From contig OZ024742.1 in NCBI GenBank assembly GCA_964016885.1, forward strand, positions 26,226,001 to 26,290,000: a stretch of DNA of 64,000 nucleotides. Reading direction: 5' to 3'. Positions within the stretch are counted from its first letter, which is position 1, and the number at the start of each line of letters is the position of its first letter. Shown piece by piece: positions 45,313-58,807 of the stretch. Position numbers and translations under genes: made by a program. Below the pieces are notes generated by a model. The model was not told the DNA's origin. It did no database searches and saw only the letters and a program-made list of their open reading frames with translations. The stretch is from Eledone cirrhosa (lineage: Eukaryota).

Positions 45313-45646
45313 CATACACACAATCATACACATATACACACGTACATACACACATATACATGTAGACATATATACACGCATACATACGCATACACAAATA
45401 TAGATACATGTATACACATCTAAATACACACACACACAAATAATTATAAGAAAAAATATAATAATAAAAATACCGGCACATAATAAAAATAAATGTAAAA
45501 ATTATTATAAAGTTGACAGCGATACAGGCAACAAATAAATGAAGAAACACACGTGGTAAGCAATCCACACAATTGCACATACACACATTAAAATAAATAC
45601 ATACGCACACACACACATACATATACACATACATACACATACACAT

Positions 45647-45726
<80 letters not shown>

Positions 45727-45853
45727 ATATACATACATATACACACACACATACATACAAATACATACGCACACATGTATGTGTGTAAAACTCATTCTTA
45801 GAAGTATTCATTGAACCTTGTTTAACTATTAATTATATATATATATATATAGT

Positions 45854-46210
45854 ATATAAGAACAAAAGATGGTTAAAAGAGTTCCATGTATTTTATTATG
45901 CGCATTTCAAAAACAAATATCATCATGCAATAATATTTGTGTTTTCATCAGATAAAACAGGAAGACATGATATGAAGGTTAAACAACACTTGTGGATAGT
46001 GCAGTTTTAAATCAACATTTGAAATGCGCATAATAAAATACATGGAACTCTTTTAACCATCTTTTGTTCTTATATATTATGTATACTCCAGTCCTTCAAA
46101 TTGTAGAGTGCTTCTTATCCGATATCTGCATTGCTTTATTGTACTACAATAAAACAATGCAGATATCGGATAATAAAATACATAGAACTCTTTTAACCAT
46201 CTTTTGTTCT

Positions 46211-46214
<4 letters not shown>
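45854..46214. mobile_element. Fold-back HHR element (family L)
   Basis: 45854-45911 is the reverse complement of 46018-46073; third partial end at 46171-46214. Confidence 0.7.
45890..45958 (-). ncRNA. Type I hammerhead (family L)
   Basis: GTTTTAT-CTGATGA-AAACACAAATAT...ATATTTGTTTTT-GAAA-TGCGCA-TA-ATAAAAT. Confidence 0.75.
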
Positions 46215-46285
<71 letters not shown>

Positions 46286-46811
46286 AATACATATATATAT
46301 ATACATATATATATATATTATAAAATATATATATATATATACATACATATACACACACATATAAGAAAACGCATAAATATTATATATATATAAAAATAAA
46401 AAGGTGAAAGGTGTAAACAAATAGTTGGGAATACGACAAATGATAAATAAATAAATAATTAGAAAAGGGTATAAATGTTTATAGCTGATTTAGAGCACTG
46501 AACTAGTTCCTGGAGCAAATGATCAATTAAAATAAGCATTAAATTACTGTATGTAATTATGCATATACATACACACATATATACATATATATATATACAC
46601 ACACACACACAGACACACACAGCCATGCAAATACACACATATATACATACATACATACATATACGTATATATATACATACATATAGGAAAAAGTATGACT
46701 CCGACGGCAGAGCTCAAACCGTTTCTGAGGCTATTATATATATATACACATAAACAATTATATAAAAATACACACACACAGACATACACACACGCACACA
46801 CATATATATAT

Positions 46812-46882
<71 letters not shown>

Positions 46883-46899
46883 ATGTATAAAAATCAATA

Positions 46900-48018
46900 C
46901 AATATAATTACCTCATTACCAGAGGTTTCTCGAATGAGGTGAATACGAAAGAAACATCTTCATTCGTTCGTCAGACGAGGCAATATAAAACATGGGTAAA
47001 TACTTGGAAAGTCTCATCAAGAAAAGCAAACCTTTCCAATGTAGATTTCCTAGATATAAACCTAGATTTGCCTACTGCTTCTTATAAACCATACCATAAA
47101 CCTAATGAAAACTTAAAATATATAAATAAAGGCTCTTGCCATCCTCCTATAGTTTTTAAAAACCTTATCCCTAATATTAGCCGTAGGATCTCCACCCTCT
47201 CTTCCTCAGAAGCTATATTTTAATAAGGCATCCCCCTACTATAATAAAACCCTCCAAAATAGCGGTTTTACTGAAGCGATTAAATACATACTCAACTATA
47301 CTAACTCTATTAAACATAAAAACAGGAAAAAAAAAAAAATCTGGTTCACACCCCTCTACTCTCTAGCAGTTAAAAGTAATGTAGGCAAACAATTCCTAGA
47401 GTTCCTAGATAAACATTTCCCTAGAACACATAGATACTATAAGATCTTTAATAGAAACTGTGTCAAAATTAGCTATTCCTGCGGTCCCCCTATTAAGTCC
47501 TATATCATCAACAAAAAATCACCTAGAGAAAATCAAACATGCTCCTGTAGAATCAAAAGTGAATGCCCATTACAAGGTAAATGCAACACCAAAGCCATTG
47601 TATATGGTGGCTAAAGTGACAACCATCAGCAACAACCATCCAGCCACCAGTGAACGATATGTGGGTATGACGCAAGACAAATTCAAAACGCGTTATTACT
47701 CACATGTCGCATCCTTTCGACATCCAGAAAAAAAGATTTACAACCGCTCTGGCTAGCAGAATTTGGGATTTGAAAGACCAAGGCATCCAATATAAATTGG
47801 ATTGGTCAATTTTGAACCAATCTAAAGAATATGCAAGAGGAACAAGAAAATGCACGCTCTGCATAAAAGAAAAATATTGGATCTTGCAAAATTTTAAATC
47901 ACCAAAGACCTGCCTGAACACAAAGACGGAAATTTTCACCAGTTGCCCACACATGAAATCACACCTGCTTTCCAGCTCATATAAACTTAACACACTTTCA
48001 TATACTTATCCTCCATAA
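46900..48018 (+). pseudogene. Decayed Penelope-like RT C-terminus and GIY-YIG (distinct subfamily)
   Basis: VDFLDINLDL...YKPYHKPN..LKYINKGSCHPP; YVGMTQDKFKTRY; LASRIWDLK...CTLCIKEK...LNTKTEIFTSCPH; frameshifted. Confidence 0.9.
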
Positions 48019-48089
48019 ACTCTTATTATTCTCTTTATAATTACCCTTTCTGATTTACTTTCATTTTTATCCTATTATTAATTTCATTT

Positions 48090-48162
48090 ATGTTTATTTT
48101 TATTTTTATTTTTATTTTTATTTTTATTTTTATTTTTATTTTTATTTTTATTTTTATTTTTA

Positions 48163-48193
<31 letters not shown>

Positions 48194-48240
48194 TTTATTT
48201 TTTTTATTTTTTTTTTTATTTTTATATATTTTTTTTATTT
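48090..48240 (+). repeat. (TTTTTA)n hexamer array in the PLE 3' region
   Basis: Direct inspection. Confidence 0.9.
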
Positions 48241-49161
48241 TTACTTCACATCCACCAATAACCCCCCCTTATTATCCGGTTCACTTACCTAATATCTTCA
48301 CTTTCCATTGTTTACTTCCCTATTTCCTTCACTAACTGATTGAAAAAGTCACGTGCGTTTTCCACTACAGATATTTTTTATTTTTATTTTTATTTTTTAT
48401 TTTTGCACAGCCAATCTTACAATTTTATATTTGTACTTACTTATCCACAAAGTTTTTTACACCCTGTATCTATGTGTCTGAACGCCTTAATGTGTGTATA
48501 CTTTCTATATATGTACATGAGCGCCTACGTATGTGCGCGCGGGTGCGTGTATATATATATATATATGTATATGTATGTGTATGTGTCTTTATATCCGTGT
48601 TTTTACATCTAGGTTTTATGTTTTGTTTCTTTTTTCTTCTCCCCTTTTTTTACATCCTCATTTTTATGCGTGTGCATACAAACAGATCAATATGCGTGAG
48701 TGTAAGTATGTTTGTGATGTTCCTAGGATGGTTTGATCGGCGGTGGATGTAGTGCAGATTGTCATTAGGTTTCCTGTATGGGTAGTACAGGTCGTTTTCG
48801 AGGTCGAGGGTCACGTCCAGGAAGTTTAGTCGGGTCAGGGACGTTTGTAGGGTTAATTTAAATCCCCAGTCGCGGAAGAATCTGATACACCTATTTGCTT
48901 TTCTTCACTCGCAGTATTTTTTCTTTCCTATATATTTCTACCCCCCATTGTTCTACCTACCGTTCCGACTTCCTCCCCCTCCCCCTCCCCTGTATCTTCT
49001 TTGACCTCATGCCCAGCTGTAGCTGGCACTACCAACGCTTGATTGGGTCTACTCCACCCCCTCCCCTCTTTCTCCTACTGGCAGGTTTAGCCACCATCTC
49101 CCCTACTAATTTGCAACCACAGAATTACTACTGATTTTTGACAATCACTTTGACCATATAT

Positions 49162-49273
49162 GGAATTACCCCTTGAGAAGATCGGCTATTTAAATACCAG
49201 GATAAATTTTCATTTAGTCCAGAATTAGCCGTCGAAACGGCTTGAGCTCAGCTGTCGGGGTCTTACTGGTTCC
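49162..49273 (+). ncRNA. Type I hammerhead with U3-A8 core in the 5' pLTR (family C)
   Basis: ACCCC-TTGAGAA-GA(T)CGGCTA...TAGCCGTC-GAAA-CGGC...GCTG-TC-GGGGT; distal GGAAT/GTTCC pairing. Confidence 0.75.
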
Positions 49274-49446
49274 TATTACCCACTCTACTACCTCAAGTAT
49301 TGAGTACTTTGGTGCGTTATGGTCCACCTGGTTCCTTACCACATTGCCTTCGTTATCTAGCTCCTACTTCCGTAGTAGAGCACTTTCCGACCCTACCACG
49401 CCGTATCCAGACTTTTCCGCTAAGCTCAATTCATTTCACCCGCACC

Positions 49447-51608
49447 ATGCGAAAACACAACATTGACTTCTCTACCAAGAACATCCCAATCCCACCGAAA
49501 AAACTTTACCTTCGGATGCTCACGAAAAAAATCGATCTATTTGCGAAAAGACTTAGATGGAGAACTTTTTTCTATGACAGATATTGCGACAACCAAACTT
49601 CGGCACCAAGGAGAGATTCGGATTTATTACCGACAAATCTCCGCCCCTGAACCCCTTGCTCGCACCCTTCGAGAATGACCTCTTCCAACTGGTCAAGAAC
49701 ATTAAATTTGAACCCAGACACAACCGATTCCTACAAAAACTCCGTAGCAACTTAACAGAGTATGATAACACAAATGACATCATGGTGCATTCGGATAAAA
49801 CTGGGAACCTATACTTTGTCAACCCTGACAGATACCACACACTGATCAGGAGCAGCCTAAACTCCACCTATAAAAAGGCCAACCACCCTTGCATCGAGGA
49901 CATAAATCGAGATGGACAACAAATCACCTCCAGCCTCGGGGTCGCCGACCGCACGGAACCTCTAGACCCACGGACACCATACTTCACACTGAAGGACCAT
50001 AAATCCGATTTTGACCGTAAACCCTCTATCAGGCTTATTAACCCAACGAAGACCGACATAGGGAGAATCAGCAAAAAAATCCTAGACCGCGTGATACCAA
50101 AAGTCAAGCAACACACCCGACTTAGCCTATGGATCAACACCCAGGAAGTAATCTCCTGGTTCAGCAATATGGAGGATAAACGAGAAACTAAATTCATACA
50201 GTTCGACATAGAGAGCTACTATGCTTCAATCACCTTACCGCTACTTACTGCTGCCTTGGACTTCGCCGAAACACTTGTGCCCATCACTGACCAGGAAAGA
50301 AAAATCATCCTCCACGCCAGGAAGACAGTCTTACTCTTTGACGACTCTAAATGGATAAAAAGAGCTCCCGACTCACCCTTCGACGTCAGCATGGGCGCCA
50401 CGGATTCGGCGGAGGTCACAGATCTTATAGGATTATTCCTAATAGCCAAACTCACTGATATGTTTCCTGCATTCGGTGGTGGATTGTACCGTGATGATGG
50501 GCTCCTTACCCTTAAAGGGTACAACCCCAGTAGTACAGATCGGGTCCGGAAACAATTAATCAGATTCTTCCGCGACTGGGGATTTAAAATAACCCTACAA
50601 ACGTCCCTGACCCGAGTAAACTTCCTGGACGTGACCCTCGACCTCGAAAACGACCTGTACTACCCATACAGGAAACCTAATGACAATCTGCACTACATCC
50701 ACCGCCGATCAAACCATCCTAGGAACATCACAAACAACCTGGTCAAAAACATCTCCCTCCGCATATCCCGTTTGTCAGCTAATGAGCGGATATTCGATGA
50801 ACATGCGCCTTATTACAACCAGGCCCTCAAGCGGAGTGGTTTCCGGGAGGAAATATCCTACTGTCCAGCTCCCATTAGCGGAACCAGCAAGAGACACCGC
50901 CGCTCACGCAATGTAACATGGTTCAATCCTCCCCACAACGCAGAGGTGACAACTCCCATCGGGAAACTATTCTTTAGGCTCATTGAAAAACACTTCCCAT
51001 TACAACACCGCTACCACAACATAATTAACAAAAATACCATCAAACTCTCTTACAGCACTACACCAAACTTCGCACAAAACATCGTCTCCTCTAACAACAA
51101 AAAACTCAACCCCGATGGCAGAAATAACCTAAATAGCAATGGAGAACCGACCAGGAGGTGTAACTGCCCGGATAGATCTATTTGCCCACTCGACAATAGA
51201 TGCAGAGACCGTAATGTGATCTAACAGTGCAACGTGAGGACGGATACCTTCAACAAAGCCTATATAGGACTTACCGCATGTGACTTCAAGACCCGGCTAT
51301 ACCAACATAGACATACCTTCCGAAACCCGGCCCGGCTTCACGCCACTACACTTTCGGGCCACATATGAGACCTCAAGGACAACAACATCACCTATGATCT
51401 CACTTGGAGATTACTGTCCAGAGCCAATTCTTACACGGGAGGACGCCGTCCGTGCAATTTATGCTCGGAGGAAACTTTACAGATGCTGTTTTCGACGGAC
51501 CAACTCCTAAACAAGAAAGATGAACTGGTTACTGCATGTAAACATAGATTGCGTAGGACTTACCTCGCCCTCAAACCCGATAATGACCCGGGGGGGGGGG
51601 TAGACTAG
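49447..51608 (+). pseudogene. PLE polyprotein (RT plus Cys-rich linker plus GIY-YIG endonuclease) with one frameshift and two stops
   Basis: ATG 49447 MRKHNIDFSTKNIPIP...RLRWRTFF; frameshift at ~49590; SDKTGN, FDIESYY, SMGATDSAE, GLYRDDG, FLDV; CNC...CPL..C; VI*(TAA 51222)QC...AYIGLT; HI*(TGA 51366); CNLC..E...CKH. Confidence 0.9.
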
Positions 51609-52700
51609 GGCTATAACACCCCACTTGCCGATTTTGCAATGGGTAACCCCTGCTTGCCAAGGGAGACGTAAGATCTTCTTTGTATTCTTTTATCGCTTCC
51701 TTTATTTCCTTCCCCCCTCTCTCCTTAGTCCTTCTACCCCAGCTCTTCTCCTTTGTCGGCGTCTTTTCTCGCCCACCCGAGGCTGCCCTTTGGCCCCTTG
51801 TAGCCTTAGTACCCCCACCCCCTCCCCTAGTCTATGATAGATTTGGCGGACTCCGCCCTTTATAGCAGTTGGTTTAGACCCCGGATACTTGTCCCCTTTT
51901 TCCGACCGCTCCCACTATTCTCTGTGCCCTCTATATTTCTTAGTGGCACTTATGCCTTATTTTTTCGTTTCAGTATTTCTTTCTTCGCTTTTCTTTTGGG
52001 CGGGGTGGATTCTGAATTTATTTTTCCGTATTCTACCTTTACTTCGTACGAAATTTCATGTAGCTTGTTTTAGATCTTTTAGAGTTAGCATTAGTATATA
52101 TTTTTCTCGGGACTCAGAATTATTATCTCGTACTAGTTCACTTTGCTGCACTGGGTGGTTGCTGGCATTGTGCCCGGGATGGAAACCTTTATTGTTTATT
52201 TCATGGTAGTCTCTTTAGTATTTTGGCCCCTTTTGTTGACCCGTCACCGTATCTTTTACGTACTTATACCTCTTAAAAGGGTCCTTGCCTAATCCGTCCC
52301 ACCTAGTTCTTTTACTTATTTCTTTATTTCTTTACTTCTTTCTTTCTTTATTTATTTATTTATTCTAGCCTAACAATAGCTAGAGACCAAGGTCGTAGAA
52401 TTTAATTTACTTTACTTTTTTCTCTACACTTATTTGCTTTTCTTCACTCGCAGTATTTTTTCTTTCCTATATATTTCTACCCCCCATTGTTCTACCTACC
52501 GTTCCGACTTCCTCCCCCTCCCCTTCCCCTGTATCTTCTTTGACCTCATGCCCAGCTGTAGCTGGCACTACCAACACTTGATTGGGTCTACTCCACCCCC
52601 TCCCCTCTTTCTCCTACTGGCAGGTTTAGCCACCATCTCCCCTACTAATTTGCAACCACAGAATTACTACTGATTTTTGACAATCACTTTGACCATATAT

Positions 52701-52812
52701 GGAATTACCCCTTGAGAAGATCGGCTATTTAAATACCAGGATAAATTTTCATTTAGTCCAGAATTAGCCGTCGAAACGGCTTGAGCTCAGCTGTCGGGGT
52801 CTTACTGGTTCC
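52701..52812 (+). ncRNA. Type I hammerhead with U3-A8 core in the 3' pLTR (family C)
   Basis: Identical to 49162-49273. Confidence 0.75.
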
Positions 52813-52894
52813 TATTACCCACTCTACTACCTCAAGTATTGAGTACTTTGGTGCGTTATGGTCCACCTGGTTCCTTACCACATTTCCTTCGTTA

Positions 52895-53009
<115 letters not shown>

Positions 53010-53468
53010 ATATTTGTCTGTGTGTATTTTTGTATAATTGTTTATGTGTGTATATATATAATAGCCTCAGAAACGACATGAGCTCTGCCGTCGGGGTCAT
53101 ACTTTTTCCTATATGTATATATATATACGTATATGTATATGTATGTATATATGTGTGTATTTGCATGGCTGTGTGTGTGTGTGAGTATATATATGCATCT
53201 GTATATATATGTATGTGTATGTATATGCATAATTACATACAGTGATTTAATGCTTATTTTCATTGATCATTTGCTCCACTAACTTGTTGAGTGCTCTAAA
53301 TCAGCTATAAACATTTATACCCTTTTCTAATTATTTATTTATTTAATATTTGTCGTATTCCCAACTATTTGTTTACACCTTTCACTTTTTTATTTTTACA
53401 TATATATAATATTTATGTGTTTTCTTATATATGTGTGTGTGTGTATATGTATGTATATATATACATAT

Positions 53469-54170
53469 AATATAAGTATGTACACGTACATACATATATG
53501 TATGCAGACGTACAGTAGTATGTATATATATATATACATACATGCACACATATATATATGTACGTATGGATTCACCGAACATTTATTATAATGCTCGGTG
53601 TGTTTGTAAACAAACATCGCGTATTAAGCCGTAGTGTCTAGCAACCATCGTTGCTCGTTTGTTCAACACTGACAAAGGAACGCTATACTACTTTCAAGCT
53701 TATTAGCTATCGTCAGCAACGTATACCTTCCTGCCAGATTGTTGAACGTATATACTTACCTTATGCATATTAACGGCTGAGTAGCCCAATTTGCATATCG
53801 AGTGGGTTAATCGGCTGGGTGCACCGAAAATGATAAACGGAAAAAATGAAACAAAATTTCATTTCCCACTCTTAGTACGGCTCTTACTTAAATATAAGTA
53901 TGTACACGTACATACATATATGTATACAGACGTACAGTAGTATGTATATATATATACATACATGCACACATATATATATATGTACGTATGGATTCACCTA
54001 ACATGTATTATAATGCTCGGTGTGTTTGTAAACAAACATCCCGTATTAAGCCGTAGTGTCCATCAACCATCGTTGCTCGTTTGTTCAACACTGACAAAGG
54101 AACGCTGTACTAGTTTCAAGCTTATTAGCTATCGTCAGCAACGTATACCTTCCTGCCAGATTGTTGAACG
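53469..54170 (-). mobile_element. Family E HHR-bearing tandem repeat, ~422-bp unit x1.7
   Basis: AATATAAGTATGTACACG at 53469 and 53891; homologous to 18961-19400. Confidence 0.8.
54102..54144 (-). ncRNA. Minimal type I hammerhead (family E)
   Basis: ACGTTG-CTGACGA-TAGCT-AATA-AGCTT-GAAA-CTAG-TA-CAGCGT. Confidence 0.75.
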
Positions 54171-57100
54171 CTTTTTCCAGTTTCAAATACAATGAACTTT
54201 CTGCTTGAACAATTGCAAGTTTTAGTGACCATGTACTCACGTCACGAAGAACATTATTTATTATGAACATTATTTATTACAAACACTATTTAAGAACAAA
54301 TATTGTGTATATCATTGTGTATGACATTTTTTTTTCTTCTCTCTCTTGTTTTGCAAAATTTGAAATGTTCTTGTTCTGTAACATTGATTGTGTAATTGCC
54401 ATACTTTTTATATACATACAAGGAGTGTACATATTCTGTTTTTCATGCACACTACAAAACCACGTTTGTTTCACCTTTTAGTTCATACACTGAGCAATAG
54501 ATATCTGTGTCCCTCTAACTCTTACACTACAAAATGTTTCCTGTTTGATCACACATTTCACAAATCACAGCATAGTATATAAATGTTATTGAGACACGAG
54601 TAACATAATAATGATGTCAACAGCAGAAATTAGAGATGAAATGTATGTTTATTTTTGTTGTAGCACAAATAATGTTTGTTAACTTGTGTGGTTGAAGTTA
54701 CACATAAAATGAGGTTACAAAAGGGAATGTGCCATTGAGCCAGGCCCAAGGAAAGCCGGCAGGCCAAAGTGCAAAATCTCACCGTCACATGTTGTACGTA
54801 TTGCTGGTTCGAAGTTCAGGGTGCGAGAGGTTGATTCTTCAAATCAACGCAGGAATGTTTCCCTCTGGGCGCGTAGAGATACATTCTCTTCTACTGGCGC
54901 TGATTGGCTGAGCTGAGCCAAATCACGCACAGAGAATGTATGTGATCCCGCGGAATGTAGATCACTACAATACTCCCACTCTAGACGTAATGCGATACAG
55001 ATAATTGAATCAGCAGGAAAAAATGCTGAAAGAGCACATCAGCGAAAAAAAATAATTGAACAGAAGAATGCATTCAAGAAAAAATGAGGCGCTAAGGGCC
55101 GTGTTGAGCTACTGTGTCAAATGATTAGCTGTTTTGTAGTTTATACGTGACCATCAAAGGTCTAACAGAAAACGGATAAAGTCTGACATGGGCGAAGTTG
55201 CTGTTCTTGCATTAAATGTTAATGGTAAGTGTTGTACCACTAGCTGTGGATGAAGCTATTATGGTAGTTTACCAGTGCTGGCAAGAAGATGATAGGTAGT
55301 CGAGAAAATGTCGACCTCTCAGATGTATTGCCGAAAGTGCTAGGCACCCAGGAAAAAATTGGCTGATTGCTTGAAAATAAAGAAACAAGTTGAATCTGTA
55401 GGTGGGTAGTAGTTGAAATAGAAATTCCATAATTCTGGCGAATCCATAGAAATGGTGGAAATGCTGACAGGTCCAGTTCCATTTGTTGCTTTCCCAGTGA
55501 GTCGGGTAAGGTAACAAATGGAGGGAGGTTGTTATGGATGATGAGTGTGCAACGAGATGCGAAATTGTTTGAGTTCAGCTGCAATTAGCATTCTCGTGTT
55601 GCGGAGCAGGTGAATTAAGCTGCAAAATGTCGATAGCATGATTGGTGTCGCCACAAAGGGAGAAAGGATCTCGCAGAATTTTATAACGTTTGAATATCAT
55701 ACACCAAGAACAACATGTTGGTGTGTGTCAAAGAAATATGTGTGCATATGCAGGCATGTAATACAGCAAAGAATGTGTGGGTGCAGTCATATATACAATG
55801 ATAAAGAAAATGATGCAGTCATATATACAATGATAAAGAAAATGATGCAGTCATATATACAATCATAAAACATTCTTTTCATATAATGCGGTTTTAAAAG
55901 AATAAATGTCCAAACATTGCCTGTAAAAAAAAGAAAGATAGAATTATTTCTTAACAGATAGTTCGCTTTTTCTTTTCTTTGGGATCGCTCTTACTAGGAA
56001 GCTAGTAAAGTTGTTGTTGTTGTTGTTGTTAAAAAAAGTCACAGTGAATCTTCTGTAGAATCGAAGTCGAGCGTTGAAGAGCCTAGAGTCACTAATATCC
56101 GAGTCACGTCTGACGCCATAGTGGTGAATAGACTGATATCTTAATTTCTCTAATCTCTGTGGTAACGAGACAGAAGGTATGGAGGTTGCGTCGGTAAAGT
56201 TACAAGCTGCCACATCGCTATTCCATGGTGTTGGTTAGTAGTTAACCATGTGTTGTCGCTGCTGCTGATGTATTTGGTAGTGGTGATAGCCATGTGTTGC
56301 TGTTGATGGCTGGTACTAGAGAAGTTGTTGGTGGTAGCCATTTTGAAATATCCTCGTGGCGAATACTTTCCTTTTTTTTTATACATACACTGCCAATTTT
56401 AATTTTATTTCAAAAGGAATGGTTTGAACTGAAAATATTCATCACGTCGGGGTCACCACTTTTAGCAGGATGCTTACGGCCATTCAGTTCAGACATTACA
56501 GTTATCTTCACTGCCCAGTTAGACTTTTTGTCACGCAATTCACAGGCAGCGCAACCCAAATTGCAACAGGCCCATTCATCACGCCTGCATAAATCTGGTC
56601 AAGGTCATTTTATAGTTTATTTCTTTTTTCTCTTCCTGACACACACATCTTGCCATATCATCTCTACATCAACTCTGTCCTGTACTCGAAGATCACAAAA
56701 TTTCACAACATGCTGGACAGTCCTGGGGCTATTGTCATGACAAATGCACCACTGGCCCATTACTATACGATATTTCGGTCTTTTGTTGTACAAAAGATCT
56801 GGCAGGGGGATATAGTGTGCAGCCACCGGAAATAACATCTGTGAAATATACAGCGCCATCTACCTGTTAGCTAGCTACCTCAACGTGAAACAAAAGAACC
56901 CTTAACACCTACCAGAATAAAGGCCTACGCACCGGCTAAACATCAAACAATTGTTTCTGTATAAATAGAGTGGTTCCAAACACTTCGCCAGTCGACTTTT
57001 GGCAGTCAGCTAGTGCATCGTTGTTCCTTTACTCTGCCACGCTTTGTCACTCACACAAGCCTTGTATCTCGTATCGTCGCTTCATGAGAAAATAAATAGC

Positions 57101-57324
57101 TGATCGAATTTACAGCTCGCCTTGCTTCGTCCTTTTAACTTCTGCTTACGTCTGTCCATCCTCAACAGTTCTTTTAAGGGCTATATGAGAGAACAGTCCT
57201 TTTAAGGGCTATCTTCAGATCTGTTCAGACCGTATGCGATAAGAGTTCTTCTAAGGGCTATTATCGGATCTGATCAGAAGTAGTGACCAGACTTACTAAT
57301 CACGTCGCTACATATATATAGATG

Positions 57325-57515
<191 letters not shown>

Positions 57516-57518
57516 ATA

Positions 57519-57555
<37 letters not shown>

Positions 57556-57718
57556 GTGTGTGTGTGGGTGGGTGTTTGTGTATTTGTATGTATATGTATG
57601 TTTGGATATGTTGATATATATGTGTGTATGTATATATATGTATGTGTATTTGTACGTGTATGTATATGTGTATGTATGTATATATATATATATATATATG
57701 TGTATATGTATGTATGTA

Positions 57719-57763
57719 TTCCTGAAGATTTCATCTGAATGAAACAGTACTAGTCCTGTAGAA
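57719..57763 (+). ncRNA. Type I hammerhead (family G), 5'-truncated stem I
   Basis: TTC-CTGAAGA-TTTC-ATCT-GAAT-GAAA-CAG-TACTAGTC-CTG-TA-GAA. Confidence 0.6.
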
Positions 57764-57787
57764 GGTCCTTCTATAAAATAAATAAAA

Positions 57788-57833
<46 letters not shown>

Positions 57834-57960
57834 ATGTAACTGTGTGTGTATGTGTGCATGTGTGTTTATTTTTCCTTTCCTTCTTCCTTTTCCAGCCTCA
57901 CTTTCATATAGATTATATTTTTGCTTTTAAAATCCAATGTCAATAAATACACCAGGATTT

Positions 57961-58021
57961 TTTCATTCTGAAGATTGAAAGCAACATTTGTTTGCTTTCA
58001 AGAAACTACTGGTAAATGAAA
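57961..58021 (+). ncRNA. Type I hammerhead (family D)
   Basis: TTTCATT-CTGAAGA-TTGAAAGCA...TGCTTTCAA-GAAA-CT-ACT-GG-TA-AATGAAA. Confidence 0.75.
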
Positions 58022-58114
58022 TAATTACCTTATGTTGTTTATTACATAACTATTAAGCTCTGAAACCTAAATAGACCACTCTTTTTTACTGGACCTTTCC
58101 GAGGGAATTACTTC

Positions 58115-58216
<102 letters not shown>

Positions 58217-58529
58217 ATATGCTGGAAAGCCTGTCCGACCCTCTACCGATACTGACATTTCAACAAATTGAAATATATATGCATCAAAATATATTCAAAA
58301 TATATTGTTATTTTTGCTTGTATGAGAACCTAACTCGACAGTTAAAAAATACACTCAGATATATATATAGATATATTCGGCTTGATATTTTTATGGTTCA
58401 ATGTAGAGCAAAGTTCATTAAGAAAGGAATGTTTTTTTTTGTTTATGGAGTTTAAAGGTCAATTTATTTTGATGTACGTTTAGTAAATTTTATTTCGTGT
58501 TTCTGAGTGCATTATTTAAATCCTCAGTT

Positions 58530-58713
58530 GGTGGATTGGCAATATTGGTAGAGGGTCAGACACCATGCTTTGCAGCAAAGAGTTACGTCCCCTTATGTGC
58601 TGAGTTCAAATCCCGCCGAGGTTAACTTTGCCTTTGATCCTTACGGGTTCGATAAAATAAAGCACTAGTAATACACAGGGATAATTGTTGGCCTTGTGCC
58701 AAATGTAGAAACA
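58530..58713 (+). mobile_element. Full-length tRNA-derived SINE with 19-bp target-site duplication
   Basis: ATTATTTAAATCCTC(A/G)GTT at 58511-58529 and 58714-58732; B-box GAGTTCAAATCC. Confidence 0.85.
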
Positions 58714-58730
58714 ATTATTTAAATCCTCGG

Positions 58731-58792
<62 letters not shown>

Positions 58793-58807
58793 AGAGAGAG
58801 AGAGAGA

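Noticed and set aside
51366-51368. In-frame TGA in the PLE endonuclease as possible selenocysteine (some Naiad elements are proposed selenoproteins); TGA at the same codon near 4876
   Set aside because: It aligns to Trp in other copies (HIW, HVW, RIW), not Cys, and this copy also has a TAA and a frameshift, so it is most likely a nonsense mutation
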